NCBI GenBank assembly: GCA_965153455.1 | Contig: OZ234493.1 | Coordinates: 4,092,001-4,156,000, forward strand | Length of the DNA stretch: 64,000 nt | Direction: 5' to 3' | Source of the DNA: Sphagnum compactum | Taxonomy: Eukaryota | Shown here: positions 35,501 to 48,700 of the stretch, piece after piece | Position numbering within the stretch: the stretch's first letter is position 1 | Layout: each line of letters opens with the position of its first letter | Notes under the pieces: model-generated | What the model saw: only the letters and a program-made list of their open reading frames with translations | Told to the model about the DNA's origin: nothing | The model's database searches: none | Made by a program: the position numbers and the translations under genes

Positions 35501-38139
35501 TTAAAATTGATAATTACGTGTAATCCTTAATTGTTATGGTGGATAATGTGGACGATGTTATGATTATTACATAACAGTTCATTAAAAAAAAAAAGTTTAT
35601 GACCATGTTTTGTTTAATGTAGAAAAAATCATAGAAGAGACAAAACTAAACATATGCCACTAGGAAAGGAAAATAAAATTTTGAGGGATTTATTTCAAGG
35701 AAAACAATGGTCAAAATGAAAAAGTTCGAAAAAAAAAAGGTTCTGACATGTAGTTAGGAAGGTCCATACCATTTTGTATATTTTATATATAACAATAATG
35801 ACACTGATTTTGACAAAAATAACAGAATATGCATGATTACGAATGTTGATGCACATCAATGGGAACAATCACAAATAAATCTATAGATTTATCATTCAAC
35901 AAAGTTGAAATGAAATTAAAGGAATCTGTTTTTTAATGAATGGAGGGGTTACATATATAAAACAAAATGATGTGGTAGTGGATATGTTTTAAATGTTTAC
36001 ACACAAAATTTTAGGCTTTTAAATTTTGTGTTATTTTCTATTATATGTATAGTGACATCAAAAAGTTGATTGTCATTATTTATTTCTTCAAATTAAACAT
36101 CATCGTTAGAATTTTAAGAGGCCATGTGAAGAAACAAAGTTGTTTGTTTTGTGTAATGCATGACTTATCATATTTAAAAAACAGATGGTTAAGGATGAAA
36201 CGACACTTATGAAACTTTGACAATTAAAATTGAGGAGGTTGTAACAATCGAGGTGTTCTGAACTATAGGGGAAGTTACATGTTGAAAATTTTAAAGTCCT
36301 ATATTCGTTTGGATTATTTATAAAGAATTTAGTTAGTTTGATTTGGAAGATATTGTGGGGTGCTGAACATGAGAAACTCATTAGAGGCATCTTTAAAAAA
36401 AAAATGTGAATAAAAATTAGATTTGTGTTATTTTGAAAATCATCCATATGCCTTTGTTGTGTGTCAAATTTTACCTATTCTTATAGTGGTTTCATATGAA
36501 CTTAATGTTTGTCACTTGCATGAAATTGTAACATTATAGAATGACATCATAAATATAAGCAGGAGCTTAGTACAGAAGGAAGATCACTATAGAACCCTAA
36601 CTTTTTTATAGATAGCAATGTCAATTGTGAACAGAATGAAATTTTCCAACCTTGGCTAACAGATGTTTTATTCTCACATCAAGCAACGATGAATAAACGA
36701 AACTTAAGCGGACCAGATCAGACGAAAGGAGAAGGAGGATTCATGGATGGGTGAAAAATCATAGGTACATACCGTGTCAACTATGAGCTCACGAGCACAG
36801 ACATGAACTCTAGGTGCAAGTCTACCTTTGGCATAAGTATTATTAACCGTTACAAAAATTGCTTCACCCCAAAAACCTAATGAGCATAACACGAAAATGA
36901 GAAGGGAATATCTCCAAAGTGCTAAACAAGAATGACACTTTCATAACTTTCACACGTAAATATATGGCTTTTAGTATGATGTAATGATGTCATAAAATGA
37001 GTCAAACACAACAATTCATTGCACACAAATGGTTGGGATTTTAACAACTCAAAATAGAATGAATGAACGTTGAGGGATTTAATATTTGGCGAAATTTTCA
37101 ACAAATGTGAAATGCAATTTGTTTTAAGCATTAGGAATTATAATCTACCTCCTGGTTGAACATCACCAAGTTTTTCAATTGGATGAATCCGATAGTGTAA
37201 TTAATGTTGTTACAACAATAATTTATTCAATTTTATTTTTTTGAATTTCCGTTTAAGCATGGAACTTGGACTTATCTACAAAGTTTTGTAATTTAAGATT
37301 TGAGTTGCGAAATAATAGAATTCTTATCAAATGTTGATAAACTTCAGTTGTATGCATCTTTTGTTATCTTCCACGGATTTGTTTTTCATTATAATTTCAT
37401 TTTAACAACAAATGTGTAACATATTATTACAAAAAAAATTTAATGTCTTACTTGTCAACATTTGTGATGTTTTTTTTGGGTCATTTTATAGATTATTTTC
37501 CACTTCCAGTGGTTTTGTTATTTTATTTTTTGTTTTTGTTTGGAGATTTTTTCAAGTTCATTTATTTTCTTCTCATACTTTTCATCCCTTTTGTGTCTTT
37601 CCATTAATCTTTTTGAAGATGCAAGCTTGGAAAGTTCTCGAATAAGAATATTTTTCATTTTGCACTTGCTAGGGTTTTACCTTAGAAACACAAGACAAAA
37701 AACACAAAATTTACAAATGTTTTCTATAAAATTATAAGATGATGAGTGTTGTAATTAGGGTACGAAAATACAAGTCTTACAAATTTGATTTTTAAAAATG
37801 AAGCATTATAATAAAATATTGATCAATTTATAAATCAATACACCTTTAGATTTGGAATTTGTTTCTAATGGAAAAGTTTTGCACATTTCCAAAATTGAAG
37901 GTGCAACTTTTTTATGAAAATATGTCTGTGTATTTATTACATATCTATTTCTTATGACAAAATGAACAATTCCATCACCACATGGAAAATAGAAAGGTGA
38001 TTGATTATAAGGCTAAATTTGTTATTACGTGTTTTATTGTGCATTTACATGACAACACGGGGAAAATGGAGGTTAATTTCGAGGAGAAAAACTTTATTGC
38101 ACATGTGATGCATGGTGAAATGATGAAATAATTCAAAAC

Positions 38140-39612
38140 CTTCATAATGTTAAAACCTCGAAATCTTCAAAACCCATAGATTTAAAACAAGCTTTAAAAT
38201 CTTTTAAAACCCACAAATTTCATAACCTAAAAATCTTCAAAGTTTAGATTTTTAAAAAAAACCTTTAAATATTCAAACCTTTGGATTTTTAAAAACCTCA
38301 AAACCTTGAAACCATTAATTAGTGTTTTTAAAACCTTCATATTTGAAAACACTAATTTTAAATTATATATATATATATATATATTTGGAAATGTTGAAAT
38401 CTTAAACCCTCTAATTTTAAAACCTTATAAGCTTCTAATTGTCAAAACCCTAAGATATTCAAAAAACATAATTTTAGAAACTTTATATCCTTGAAACCTT
38501 CATAGTTTTTGAAAACCTAAAATCTTGAAACGTTCAAATTTATTAAACCTTAAAAATCTTCAAACACTCTAATTTTCATATCCTTAGAATCTTAAACCTT
38601 CATAAGTTTAAACCCCTCAAATCTTTGAAACCTTAAATCTTTCGAACTTGAGAATCTTCAAACCTTTAGATTTGAAAAACTTTTAGAGCCTAAGGGTTTA
38701 GGGTTTAAACCCCCTTAAACCCTAAACCCTGAGCCTAAACCCTAGAACCTTAAAAAGCTTGAATTGTCACAACTTTTGAAACCCTTCAATTTCCAAAACC
38801 TTAAAATCTTGAAACCCTAATTTCTTGGAACCTTAAAATGTTCAAATATACAATTTTTGAAACCCTAATTTCTTGAACCCTTCAAATTGTTAAAAAACCT
38901 AAAATCTTTGAAAGCTTCATGTTAGTAAAACGTTAGAATCTTGAAACTTTTAGTTTATTTTGAAACCCTAAAACAAAATCTTCTAAATCATTATAAAATT
39001 TGAAACTTTGGAGCCCTTAAAACCTCATGGTGCCTGCTTATAAAACCTGAAAATCTTGAAACTTCAAGTTCTTAAGACTTTAGAAATCTTCAAATGTAGT
39101 AGAATTTGAAACCCTTATATTTAACAACCTTAAAAAATCTTGAATTCCTCTGGATTTTAAAGGCCTAAAATCTTCAAAGACTAGTATTTTGGAAACCCTA
39201 AAAGTTTTAGTACCCTTAGATTTATAACACCTTAAAATCTTCGAACACTACAAATACTGAAACCCTAAAATCTTGAAACCGTCAGATTTATAAAACCCTA
39301 AAATCTTGGAAAAAAAAAACATTACAAATCTTGAAACCCTAAATCTTGAAACTCTCAGATGTATGAAACCCTAAAATCTTGAAACGCTCAAAATCTTGAA
39401 ACCCTAAAATCTTGAAACCCCGAAGTCTTGAAGCTGTAAATTCCTTAAACCCTACAATCTTAAACCCCGAAGGCTTGAAGCCCTAAATTCCTTAAACCCT
39501 AAAATCTTAAACCCCGAAGTCTTGAAGCCCTAAATTCCTTAAACCCTAAAATCTTGAAACTCCGAAGTCTTGAAGCCCTAAATTCTTTAAACCCTAAAAT
39601 CTTAAACCCTAT
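38140..39612. repeat. Telomere-like / telo-box minisatellite array (AAACCCTAAAATCTTG-type ~16-bp monomer) upstream of midasin
   Basis: Dozens of degenerate aaaccctaaaatctt(g) units. At 39415-39612 they form about four ~47-bp higher-order repeats. Confidence 0.9.
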
Positions 39613-39792
39613 TCAACGCAAACCTGTCGCTGGTTGTTTCTTGCGAGGTTTTGGTGACTGGCGCCGCGTCGTCGTCGTCGTCGAGGAAGAAAGAAGGAGA
39701 AGTTGTTTAGGCGATTGTGTTTGAGGGGAACGTCTTCAGAAGTTTTGGGTTGTTGTGATTACTGCAGACGAATTGGCAGGAAGAAGTTCGAG

Positions 39793-42700
39793 ATGCAGGA
39801 AGGAAGAGGAGGATTTGATGGCAGGCGGGCACTCGAGAGACTGGTAGCCAGGTATCCAGTTCTCAAGAGCGATGAGGCGGTGGCTTCGGTGCTTGCTCAC
39901 GAGGGGGGCCGTGGAATTGAGGACAGCGGGTTCATTGAAGTTGCGCAGGAGCTTCTGTTGCTGCGCTCCCAGGTTGGAGTTGCTGCAGTTGGCTGTTTTC
40001 GACCTCTGTTGCCGCGTCTGCTTGACGGCGTAGTTCAATCGCTTCGTCAGCTGCGGCGACATGGAATTGGAAGGTCGGGACAACAAGGCGACGACACAAG
40101 ACGATTAAGAGGCGAATGGACCCTAGACTTACATGAAGATGCCAGCATTTTGTTTAGTCGTATTCTGGAGCTTGCTCCTTACTTACTCAGGTACAGAGGC
40201 TTGCTTCTTGGTCTTTTCAATGAACAGCATTTTGTTTAGTTCTGGACATAGAGAAGGAATTGCTATAACACCAAAGAAGCAAGCCTCATGCGGATTTCTC
40301 AGGTGACAGAGAACAGAGAAAACAAGCAAGCAATCAAGAGCTGCTCTTTGGAATTGTGCCTTTCCCTATTGAATCCAGAGTTTGTGTGCACATTGCACGA
40401 GGGAGAAGAAACACCGGACTGTGAGCAACAATGCCGGCTAGGGTTTAGGGTTTATGGCTTGAATCTTCCAGACCCTTAACCTTGAACCCCGAACTGTAAA
40501 TTCTATCAATGTATAATGTTTTTTCCTTCAACTGGAACCTCCTTCATTGGGGACCCAGCAACTGTTGAGCAGAGTTTCGAATCTGTGGTATTGGGCTTTT
40601 AAGCTGCTGGGTAGCTCCTGGATAAGAAACACCAGAGTGTGGGCAATGTCTCCAGCTAGAGTTTAGGGTTTATGACTTGAATCTTCCAGACCCTTAACCT
40701 TGAACCCTGAACTGTAAATTCTATCATCGAAAAGTGTTTTTTCTTTAACAGGAACCTCCTCCATTTGGGACCTCAGCAATTGTTGAGCAGAGTTGGGAAT
40801 CTGTGGTAGTGGAGAATTCAAGCTGCTGGGAACCTCCTGGATCAGAAACACTGTAGTGTGAGCAACATCTCTGGCTAGGGTTTAGTGTTTATGGCTTGAA
40901 TCTTCCAAACCCTTAACCTTGAACCCTGAACTGTAAATTCTATCAATGTAAAATGTTTTTTCTTCAACTGGAACCTCCTCCATTTGGGACTAAGCAATTT
41001 TAGAGCACAGTTTGGAAACTGTGGTAGTGGAGCTTGTAAGCTGCTGGGAAGCTCCTGGACAAGAAATAGCAGAGTGTGAGCAATGTCTCCAGCTAGGGTT
41101 TAGGGTTTATAGCTTGAATCTTCCAAACCTTGAGCTTAAACCCTGAACTGTAAATGCTATGAATGTAATATTTTTTTCTTCACCTAGAACCTCCTCCATT
41201 GGGGACTCAGCAACTGTTGAGCAGAGTTTGGAATCTGTGGTAGTGGAGCTTGTAAGCTGCTGATTAGCTCCTGGTAAGAAACACCAGAGTGTAAGCAATG
41301 TCTCCAGCTAGGGTTTAGGGTTTATGGCTTGAATCTTCCAGAACCTTAACCTTGAACCCTGAACTGTAAATTCTTTAGGTGTGAGCAACATCTCTGGCTA
41401 GGATTTGGGGTTTATGGCTTGAATGTTCCAGAATGGTAACCTTGTGCCCTGAGCTGTAAATTCTATCAGTGTGAGCAACATCTAGGGTTTAGGGTTTATG
41501 GCTTGAATCTTCCAGAACCTTAACCTCAAACCCTGTACTGTAGATTCTATTAGTGGGAGCAACATCTCTGGGTAGGGTTTAGGGTTAATGGCTTGAATCT
41601 TCCAGAACCTTAACCTTGAACCCTGAACTGTAAATGCAATCAATGTAAAATGTTATTTCTTCAACTGGAAGCTCCTCCATTTGGGACCTGGCAACTGTTG
41701 AGCACAGTTTTGAATCTGCTGTAGAGGAGGTTTTGAATGCTGTTTGGTAGCTCCCGGATAGCTCCTGCTTTCTACCCTTTTAACTCCAGTGTGGTTTCCA
41801 GTGTCTATTACTTCTGTATCAGCAGTTAGGATGTACATGAAGTATCTCTGGGGTTAGGAAGCATTAAGCTTTGTCAATCTAGTATTGGATTTGAGAACCT
41901 CTGAGAATGTAGTCTTATGGGCCTGCATGTTTTGTGTTTGGTGGGTTTATCAGCTCCTTCCTTGAATACTTTGCATTTGCACCACCACCTTTCGAGCGGT
42001 TACTGCTGCAGGGCTGTGCTTCAGATGCCAGTGGTTGGGCACCCTTAAGTCCTGCAGTCATCGGCTTTCTGGATGTGCTATGGGCGTCTTACCGATTCCT
42101 GAAACTGGAGCCAAAGGTTTTCCGGGACCTTTGGGACTGGAGTCCTGTTTTCGATCTTTTAAAATATAGACCTTTGGAAAAAGATGAAACGAGTTTGGAT
42201 GTGCGATGGTGTGCTGTCCAGATTGTATCACTTGTACTTCAGATGAGTGAACTTGCAACAAGGGCAATGAGCTCCTCTGTTTCTAATTTATCTGATGCAG
42301 AAGCCTTTGCTTGTCATCTGCGATGGGACTCTGTTAGTCAAAATGTAGCTGTAGAAAAAGCAGGCATGTATTTAGAACCAACTTGTGTTGTTAAATCTTC
42401 TAATTTAGAGGTTATGGAGCTGGAAGGTGGCAACAGCTTCTCCAGTGAACAGAGGCATTTTGAAGGCAACCGATGTTCTCATGTTGAAATATGTGGCATT
42501 GAGCTTCCTGTTCGGCATGGTGTGCAATATGGCAGGTAATATTCATTGTGGGACTCCTGCTAAGTTACTATTATATAACAAGGAGTGAAGTTTACTGTAA
42601 ATCACACCATCAATGTCCAGATCTTGAATCTGAGAGGAATGTAAAGTTCTACCTTGCTGTGAAGTTCACAAATTATGTGGGGAACATGGTCATTTGAAAT

Positions 42701-45700
42701 TTGGGATTTGTCACCTTTTGTGATTGTGGACATTCCAGGTTTGTTTCCTCACGGAGGAAGTCACTTGTGCTGACACCAACTGTGAAGAAGAATGTGGAGG
42801 CTGTGGTTTTGGCCTTGAGCCAGTGCCATCCGGTGCTTCTGGAGGGACCAATTGGAGCAGGAAAGTCTTCTTTGATCCAAGAGTTAGCAAACATTACTGG
42901 CAATGTGGATTTGCTTTTTATTCACTTGGATGACCAAATGGACAGCAAAACGCTGCTAGGTAATTATGCATGCACCGAGGTACCTGGTGAATTCAAGTGG
43001 CAGCCTGGGGCCCTTACACAAGCAGTGGTGCATGGATTGTGGGTGGTGTTTGAGGATATTGATCGGGCTCCCTTTGAAATTTTCTCAGCTCTTATTCCAC
43101 TCCTGGAAGATCGTAAATTGTATATTCCAGGCCGTGGGGAGATGATTCATGCTGCAGATAACTTTCAGCTATTCTCAACAGTGACTCGGACGAAGTTTGG
43201 TTCCTTGCATACTGCATCTGGTGGCAGAAAGGATATGCTAAGTAATCTGTGGAGGAAAGTGGTGGTGGATGCTCCGAGTGATGAAGAACTCTCAATCATC
43301 ATGCAGGCTAGCTTTCCCTCTCTTGCCACAGTAATCCCCAGGATGATTGACACTTTGAACTTGATGAGGTACATTTCCTCACAGGCGACTCCAGAAGACC
43401 CAGAACTCTGCAAAGTTACTGTCTACATTGGTCGTCAGTTTTCAACCAGGGATCTCTTCAAGTGGTGTATGAGGGTTGCAGATGTCCAACCCCTAACAAA
43501 TTTTCGAATTTGTGTTGAAGCTGCTGATTGCTTTGCAGCATCGATACCTAGTGCAAGTGACAGGGAGCATGTGTTAAAAGCAATTGCAAGGTGCTGGAAT
43601 TTACCTTTTGAGGATCTCAAGTTTTCTGCTACACTCAATAAGCCCTCATTCCAAATGTCCCAATCTGCTCTTCAAGTGGGAAGGGCACTCTTGGTTGTGC
43701 ACCCAAGAAAGGGGAGGTCACGGGCAACACAAATTTTTGCTAGCACTGGCCATGCAATGCGCACTTTGGAGGTGATATCTGTGTGTGTGCAGCAGCAAGA
43801 GCCTGTTCTTCTTGTTGGTGAAACAGGGACTGGCAAAACAAGCCTTGTGCAACATCTTGCCCGCCAGCTTGGGATGCCTCTTACGGTTTTGAACATGAGC
43901 CAACAGACTGATAGTACTGATTTTTTGGGTGGCTTTAAGCCTGTTGAAGCTCAAAGTGTATGCATTCCTCTCTTCCAAACTTTCAACCAGCTTTTTAAAG
44001 ACACTTTCTCAAAGAAGAAAAATGCAAAGCTATTGGAGCGAGTCCAGCGCGCTGCAGAGAAAAAGAAATGGGGGTGGCTTCTCAAAGCCTTTCAGATGGC
44101 ACTTGTAACAGTTTCAGAGCTGATGGGTCCCGCCCCTGCTGCTAATAGGGTGTTACTGAAGGGTTCACCTCCTTCAGATATGGCTGCTCAAGAAGATATT
44201 GAAGATGGCAAGGAGCAGAGTCCCAAAAGGAAGAGGATCTCCAATTCTGGGTTAAGAGACAGGTGGTGTGCTTTTGCAGTTGATGTACAAAAGGCTGAGC
44301 GCCAGGTTGAGGCTGCAAAGACAGGTTTTGCCTTTTCCTTTGTTGAGGGGATGTTAGTCAAGGCCCTTCGTGAAGGCCACTGGATTTTATTAGATGAAGT
44401 GAATCTTGCTCCGGTTGAAACTTTGGAGAGGTTAACTGGTATGTTAGAAGGGGAGGGAGGCTCTCTTTGCTTGACAGAACGTGGTGATGTTGAGAATGTG
44501 GCTCGCCATCCCAATTTCCGTATCTTTGGGGCCATGAACCCTGCAACTGATTTTGGTAAATGTGATCTCCCCATCTCATTACGGAACCGATTTACAGAGA
44601 TATATGTGGATGAGTTGACACAAAGGGAGGACTTGCATGCCTTGGTATTCCAATATCTTGAGGGGGCACTCCCTTCCCCACCAGTAGAAGATATTGTTGA
44701 ATTCTACCTGCAAGCTCGTCAGGAGGCAGAGACACAGCTTCTAGATGGTGCCAATCAAAAGCCACAGTATAGTCTCCGCTCGCTTGCTCGAGCACTTGAG
44801 TACACTTGTGCTGCACTGCCTGTATATGGGTTTCAGAGAGCCCTGTATGATGGGCTCTGCATGTCTTTTTTGACTCTTCTTGACCGCCCAAGTGCGGTTG
44901 TAATGGAGCAGCTGATAACTGCTGCTCTGTTCAAGCAAACTGGAGCGACAGCAGCCAAACTTCTCAAAGGTCTCCTCAAGGTCCCGCCACCGCCCAGTCC
45001 CTCCCATGTTCTTTTTGAGCATTTCTGGGTGGAGAGGGGTAGCACAGAACCCTCAAGGTCAGTCTTTAGGCCTTCAACGCTGGACCCAAGTGTTATTGTA
45101 ATCTTTAACCTGAGCACAGAGGTTGTAGTAGGCCTTTCAAAACTTGTAGTGTTGATCATGGGACTTGGCTGAATGGTTTTGTATTTTCTGTGTACAGCTT
45201 GTAATGTTTTGGAGCCTTCTGTTGTTTGGGCACAGGTTATCACTGGAATCCCGGGACCGCTATGTCTTGACTAAAACAATTTGTGAGCATCTAAAGAATT
45301 TGGCGCGGGCAGTGTTTGTCCAGAAGTATCCTGTTCTTCTACAAGGTCCAACGTCAAGTGGCAAGACAAGTCTTGTGGAGTATTTGGCTACCATAACACA
45401 GCACCGTTTTGTTCGCATCAATAATCATGAACATACTGACTTGCAAGAGTATTTTGGATCTTATGTCACTGATTCTTCAGGGAAGTTGGTCTTCCAGGAG
45501 GGAATTCTGGTGGAAGCTGTTCGGAAGGGATATTGGATTGTACTGGATGAATTAAACTTGGCACCATCAGATGTTTTGGAAGCTCTGAACCGCCTTTTAG
45601 ATGACAACAGGGAACTTTTTGTTCCAGAGCTTCAGGTCACTGTGAAACCACATCCCCATTTCATGCTTTTTGCAACCCAAAATCCACCAGGGATCTATGG

Positions 45701-48700
45701 TGGCCGAAAAGTGCTGTCTCGAGCATTCCGGAATCGTTTCATGGAGCTGCATGTCGATGACATTCCGGATGATGAGCTCTGCCAGATTCTGGAAAAGCGG
45801 TGTCAGATTCCAGGGAGCTATGCTGGGAAGATGGTCGAGGTGATGAAGGACTTACAACGGCACCGGCAGAGCAGCAAAGTGTTTGCTGGGAAGCATGGTT
45901 TCATTACTCCTCGTGATCTTTTCCGCTGGGCTGATCGGCATGGAAATGGCTATGAGGAGCTAGCCAGGGATGGCTACATGCTTCTTGCTGAACGTTTGCG
46001 GAATACAAACGAAAAGGAGATTGTACTGCAAACTTTGGAGAAGCACATGCGTGTGAAAATTGACATTGAACAGTTGCATGCAATAGAAAATTCAGAGAGC
46101 CTACATGCAGCTCAGGAGTGCTTGAATTCTCAAGTATCGACAGTATCTTTTGGTAAAATTGTGTGGACTAGGAGCATGAAGCGGCTTTTCAATCTTGTAG
46201 TGCACTGTATTCAGCACAGTGAGCCTGTTTTACTGGTGGGTGAAACTGGGTCCGGCAAAACAATGATTTGCCAACTCCTTGCATTGCTTTCTAGGCAGCG
46301 CCTTCATATCCTGAACTGTCACCAACACTCGGAAACTTCTGATTTTCTTGGAGGTTTGCGTCCATTGCGTGAAAGGGATCACGTTGCAGTGAAATATCAA
46401 AATGCCATCACCAAGTTGGTGTCAACAGCATTGTTTTCCAAAGCTTGTGAGGGTGAGTTATCCTCCAAAATTGAGGACTCTGCTACAACACTTGGAATAA
46501 TCAGGCATGCTCTTTCACATATGAGGGAACTGAGTCATGACAAGAACGATGGCAGTGATGAAGAAGTCAAGGTTGTGGAAATTCTAGAGAAAGAGCTTAT
46601 GGGTTTGCACAAGGATTGGCAGTCTCTTTTTATTTGGCATGATGGCCCACTGGTTCAGGCCATGCAGAATGGTGATTTCTTCCTTGTGGATGAGATTTCA
46701 CTTGCTGAAGACAGTGTGCTGGAGAGACTGAATAGTGTCCTGGAGCCCAAACGCCTCTTGGTCAGTGATTTGATTCTGTTTCTGTAGGTATGGGCTAGGT
46801 GAAGGTTTTGGTAATGTGTGAATGTGTGGCAGAAGTGATAGACAAGAGATTGATAGATGGACACTTCAATAAAAAAGACAAATGACTTTTCTCTCTCAAA
46901 GAAATATAGTGAAATCCCCAAGTCTTAGGAGATAGTAATCACAATGTACTGAAGGGTTCTCTGTGTGACATCAGTGTGGCTGTATCTCAGAGATACGCAC
47001 TTCAGCTGAAGTTGAGCTGTGTTGAAACAGAGACCCAAATCTTGAGGAGGCTAAAAAATGCTGTTTACTATCCAACTGTAATGATTATTTGGGAGTGTTT
47101 ATTTAGGACAAGGGAATATGCATCTGTGGCTTTGCATCCAAAGTCTGTTTTTAATCCGGTTGTAGGATTTTGCTCATAAGATGTTGTACTTGGTACAGGT
47201 GCTGGCTGAGAAAGGGGGTTCAGTGGTAGAGGAGATCATTGCTCACCCAAAATTTCGCCTCCTGGCCACCATGAACCCCGGCGGAGATTTTGGCAAGAAA
47301 GAGCTTTCCCCTGCTCTCCGAAACCGCTTCACTGAAATCTGGGTCCCTCCTATCAGTGACCTGGATGATTTGAAGAGTATAGTGGTTGACAGGTTTTCAA
47401 TGCCTGAGCTTGTCATGCTTGCAGATCCAATGCTGCAATTCTGGCAGTGGTTTCAGCACCACCATGAAACTGGAAGGCTTTTGTCTGTAAGAGATCTCTT
47501 GGCCTGGATCATGTATATCAATGTTGCAGAGGCAGACATTGGGAAGAAGGCTGCATTCATTCATGGTGCTTTCCTGGTTCTTCTAGATGGGATTGGGTTT
47601 GGGATGGGCTTGTCGAGTGAAGCAGCAAAGCAATTGAAGAGTAAATGTCTGGAGCATTTGTTCCAACTATTGCCTCCGGATGAGAATGGGCTAGTGTCGA
47701 CCTTTTCTTTTGAAGATTGGGGATTGGGCAGCTCAGTCCCCATGAATGCAGAAGGCAGCAGCTCTTCTCTCCTTGCACCTAGGGACATGTTTGGCATCCA
47801 CCCTTTTTACATACCCAAGGGTAATAAACCCCCAGTAAGCAGCAGCTTTGCCTTGGCAGCACCTACTACAAGCCGGAACGCTCTGCGAATCTTACGTGCG
47901 ATGCAGTTGTCAAAGCCTGTATTGTTGGAAGGTAGCCCAGGAGTTGGAAAAACAAGTCTGGTAGCAGCACTGGCAGCAGCCTCAAGCCACTCACTTGTTC
48001 GCATCAATCTTTCGGAGCAGACAGACATCATGGATCTTCTGGGTTCTCACTTGCCAGTTGAGGGGGGCACAGGTGCTGAGTTTTGCTGGTCAGATGGTGT
48101 GTTCTTGCAGGCACTCAAGGCTGGCAACTGGGTGCTTCTTGATGAACTGAACCTTGCATCACAATCAGTGTTAGAAGGACTCAATGCTTGTTTGGATCAC
48201 CGAGGGGAGCTTTTCATACCAGAGTTGGGTTGCAGCTTCAAGTGCCACTCTGCTTTTCGTGTCTTTGCCTGCCAGAACCCTTTATCACAAGGAGGTGGTC
48301 GTAAAGGCCTTCCGAAGTCATTTTTGAATCGCTTCACAAAGGTGTACATGGACACTCTGTCAAAGGGGGACTTCTTGTTCATTGCCAAAGCTTTGCATCC
48401 CTCCCTTACTGAGCCCTTGCTGCTGAAGATGATTGAGTTCAATGCTCAATTATATGATGATACAATGGTCACACATGCATATGGGAACTCTGGAGCTCCT
48501 TGGGAGTTCAATCTCCGCGACATTTTGCGGTGGTGTGAACTTATTGAAGGAGCGAGGGATGGCTTGCATGTGGATGCACCTGAGCGCTTCCTGGATGTCA
48601 TTTATTTGCAACGGATGCGTACTGCAGATGATCGATGTTGTGTTCTCACCCTCTTCCAGAAAGTGTTCAATGTACCTCCCAATGTTGACACACATCCTAG

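Noticed and set aside
40421..41762. CRISPR-like repeat/spacer array
   Set aside because: Sequences between the conserved cores are homologous to each other rather than unique spacers, the context is a eukaryotic intron, and no cas genes are present.
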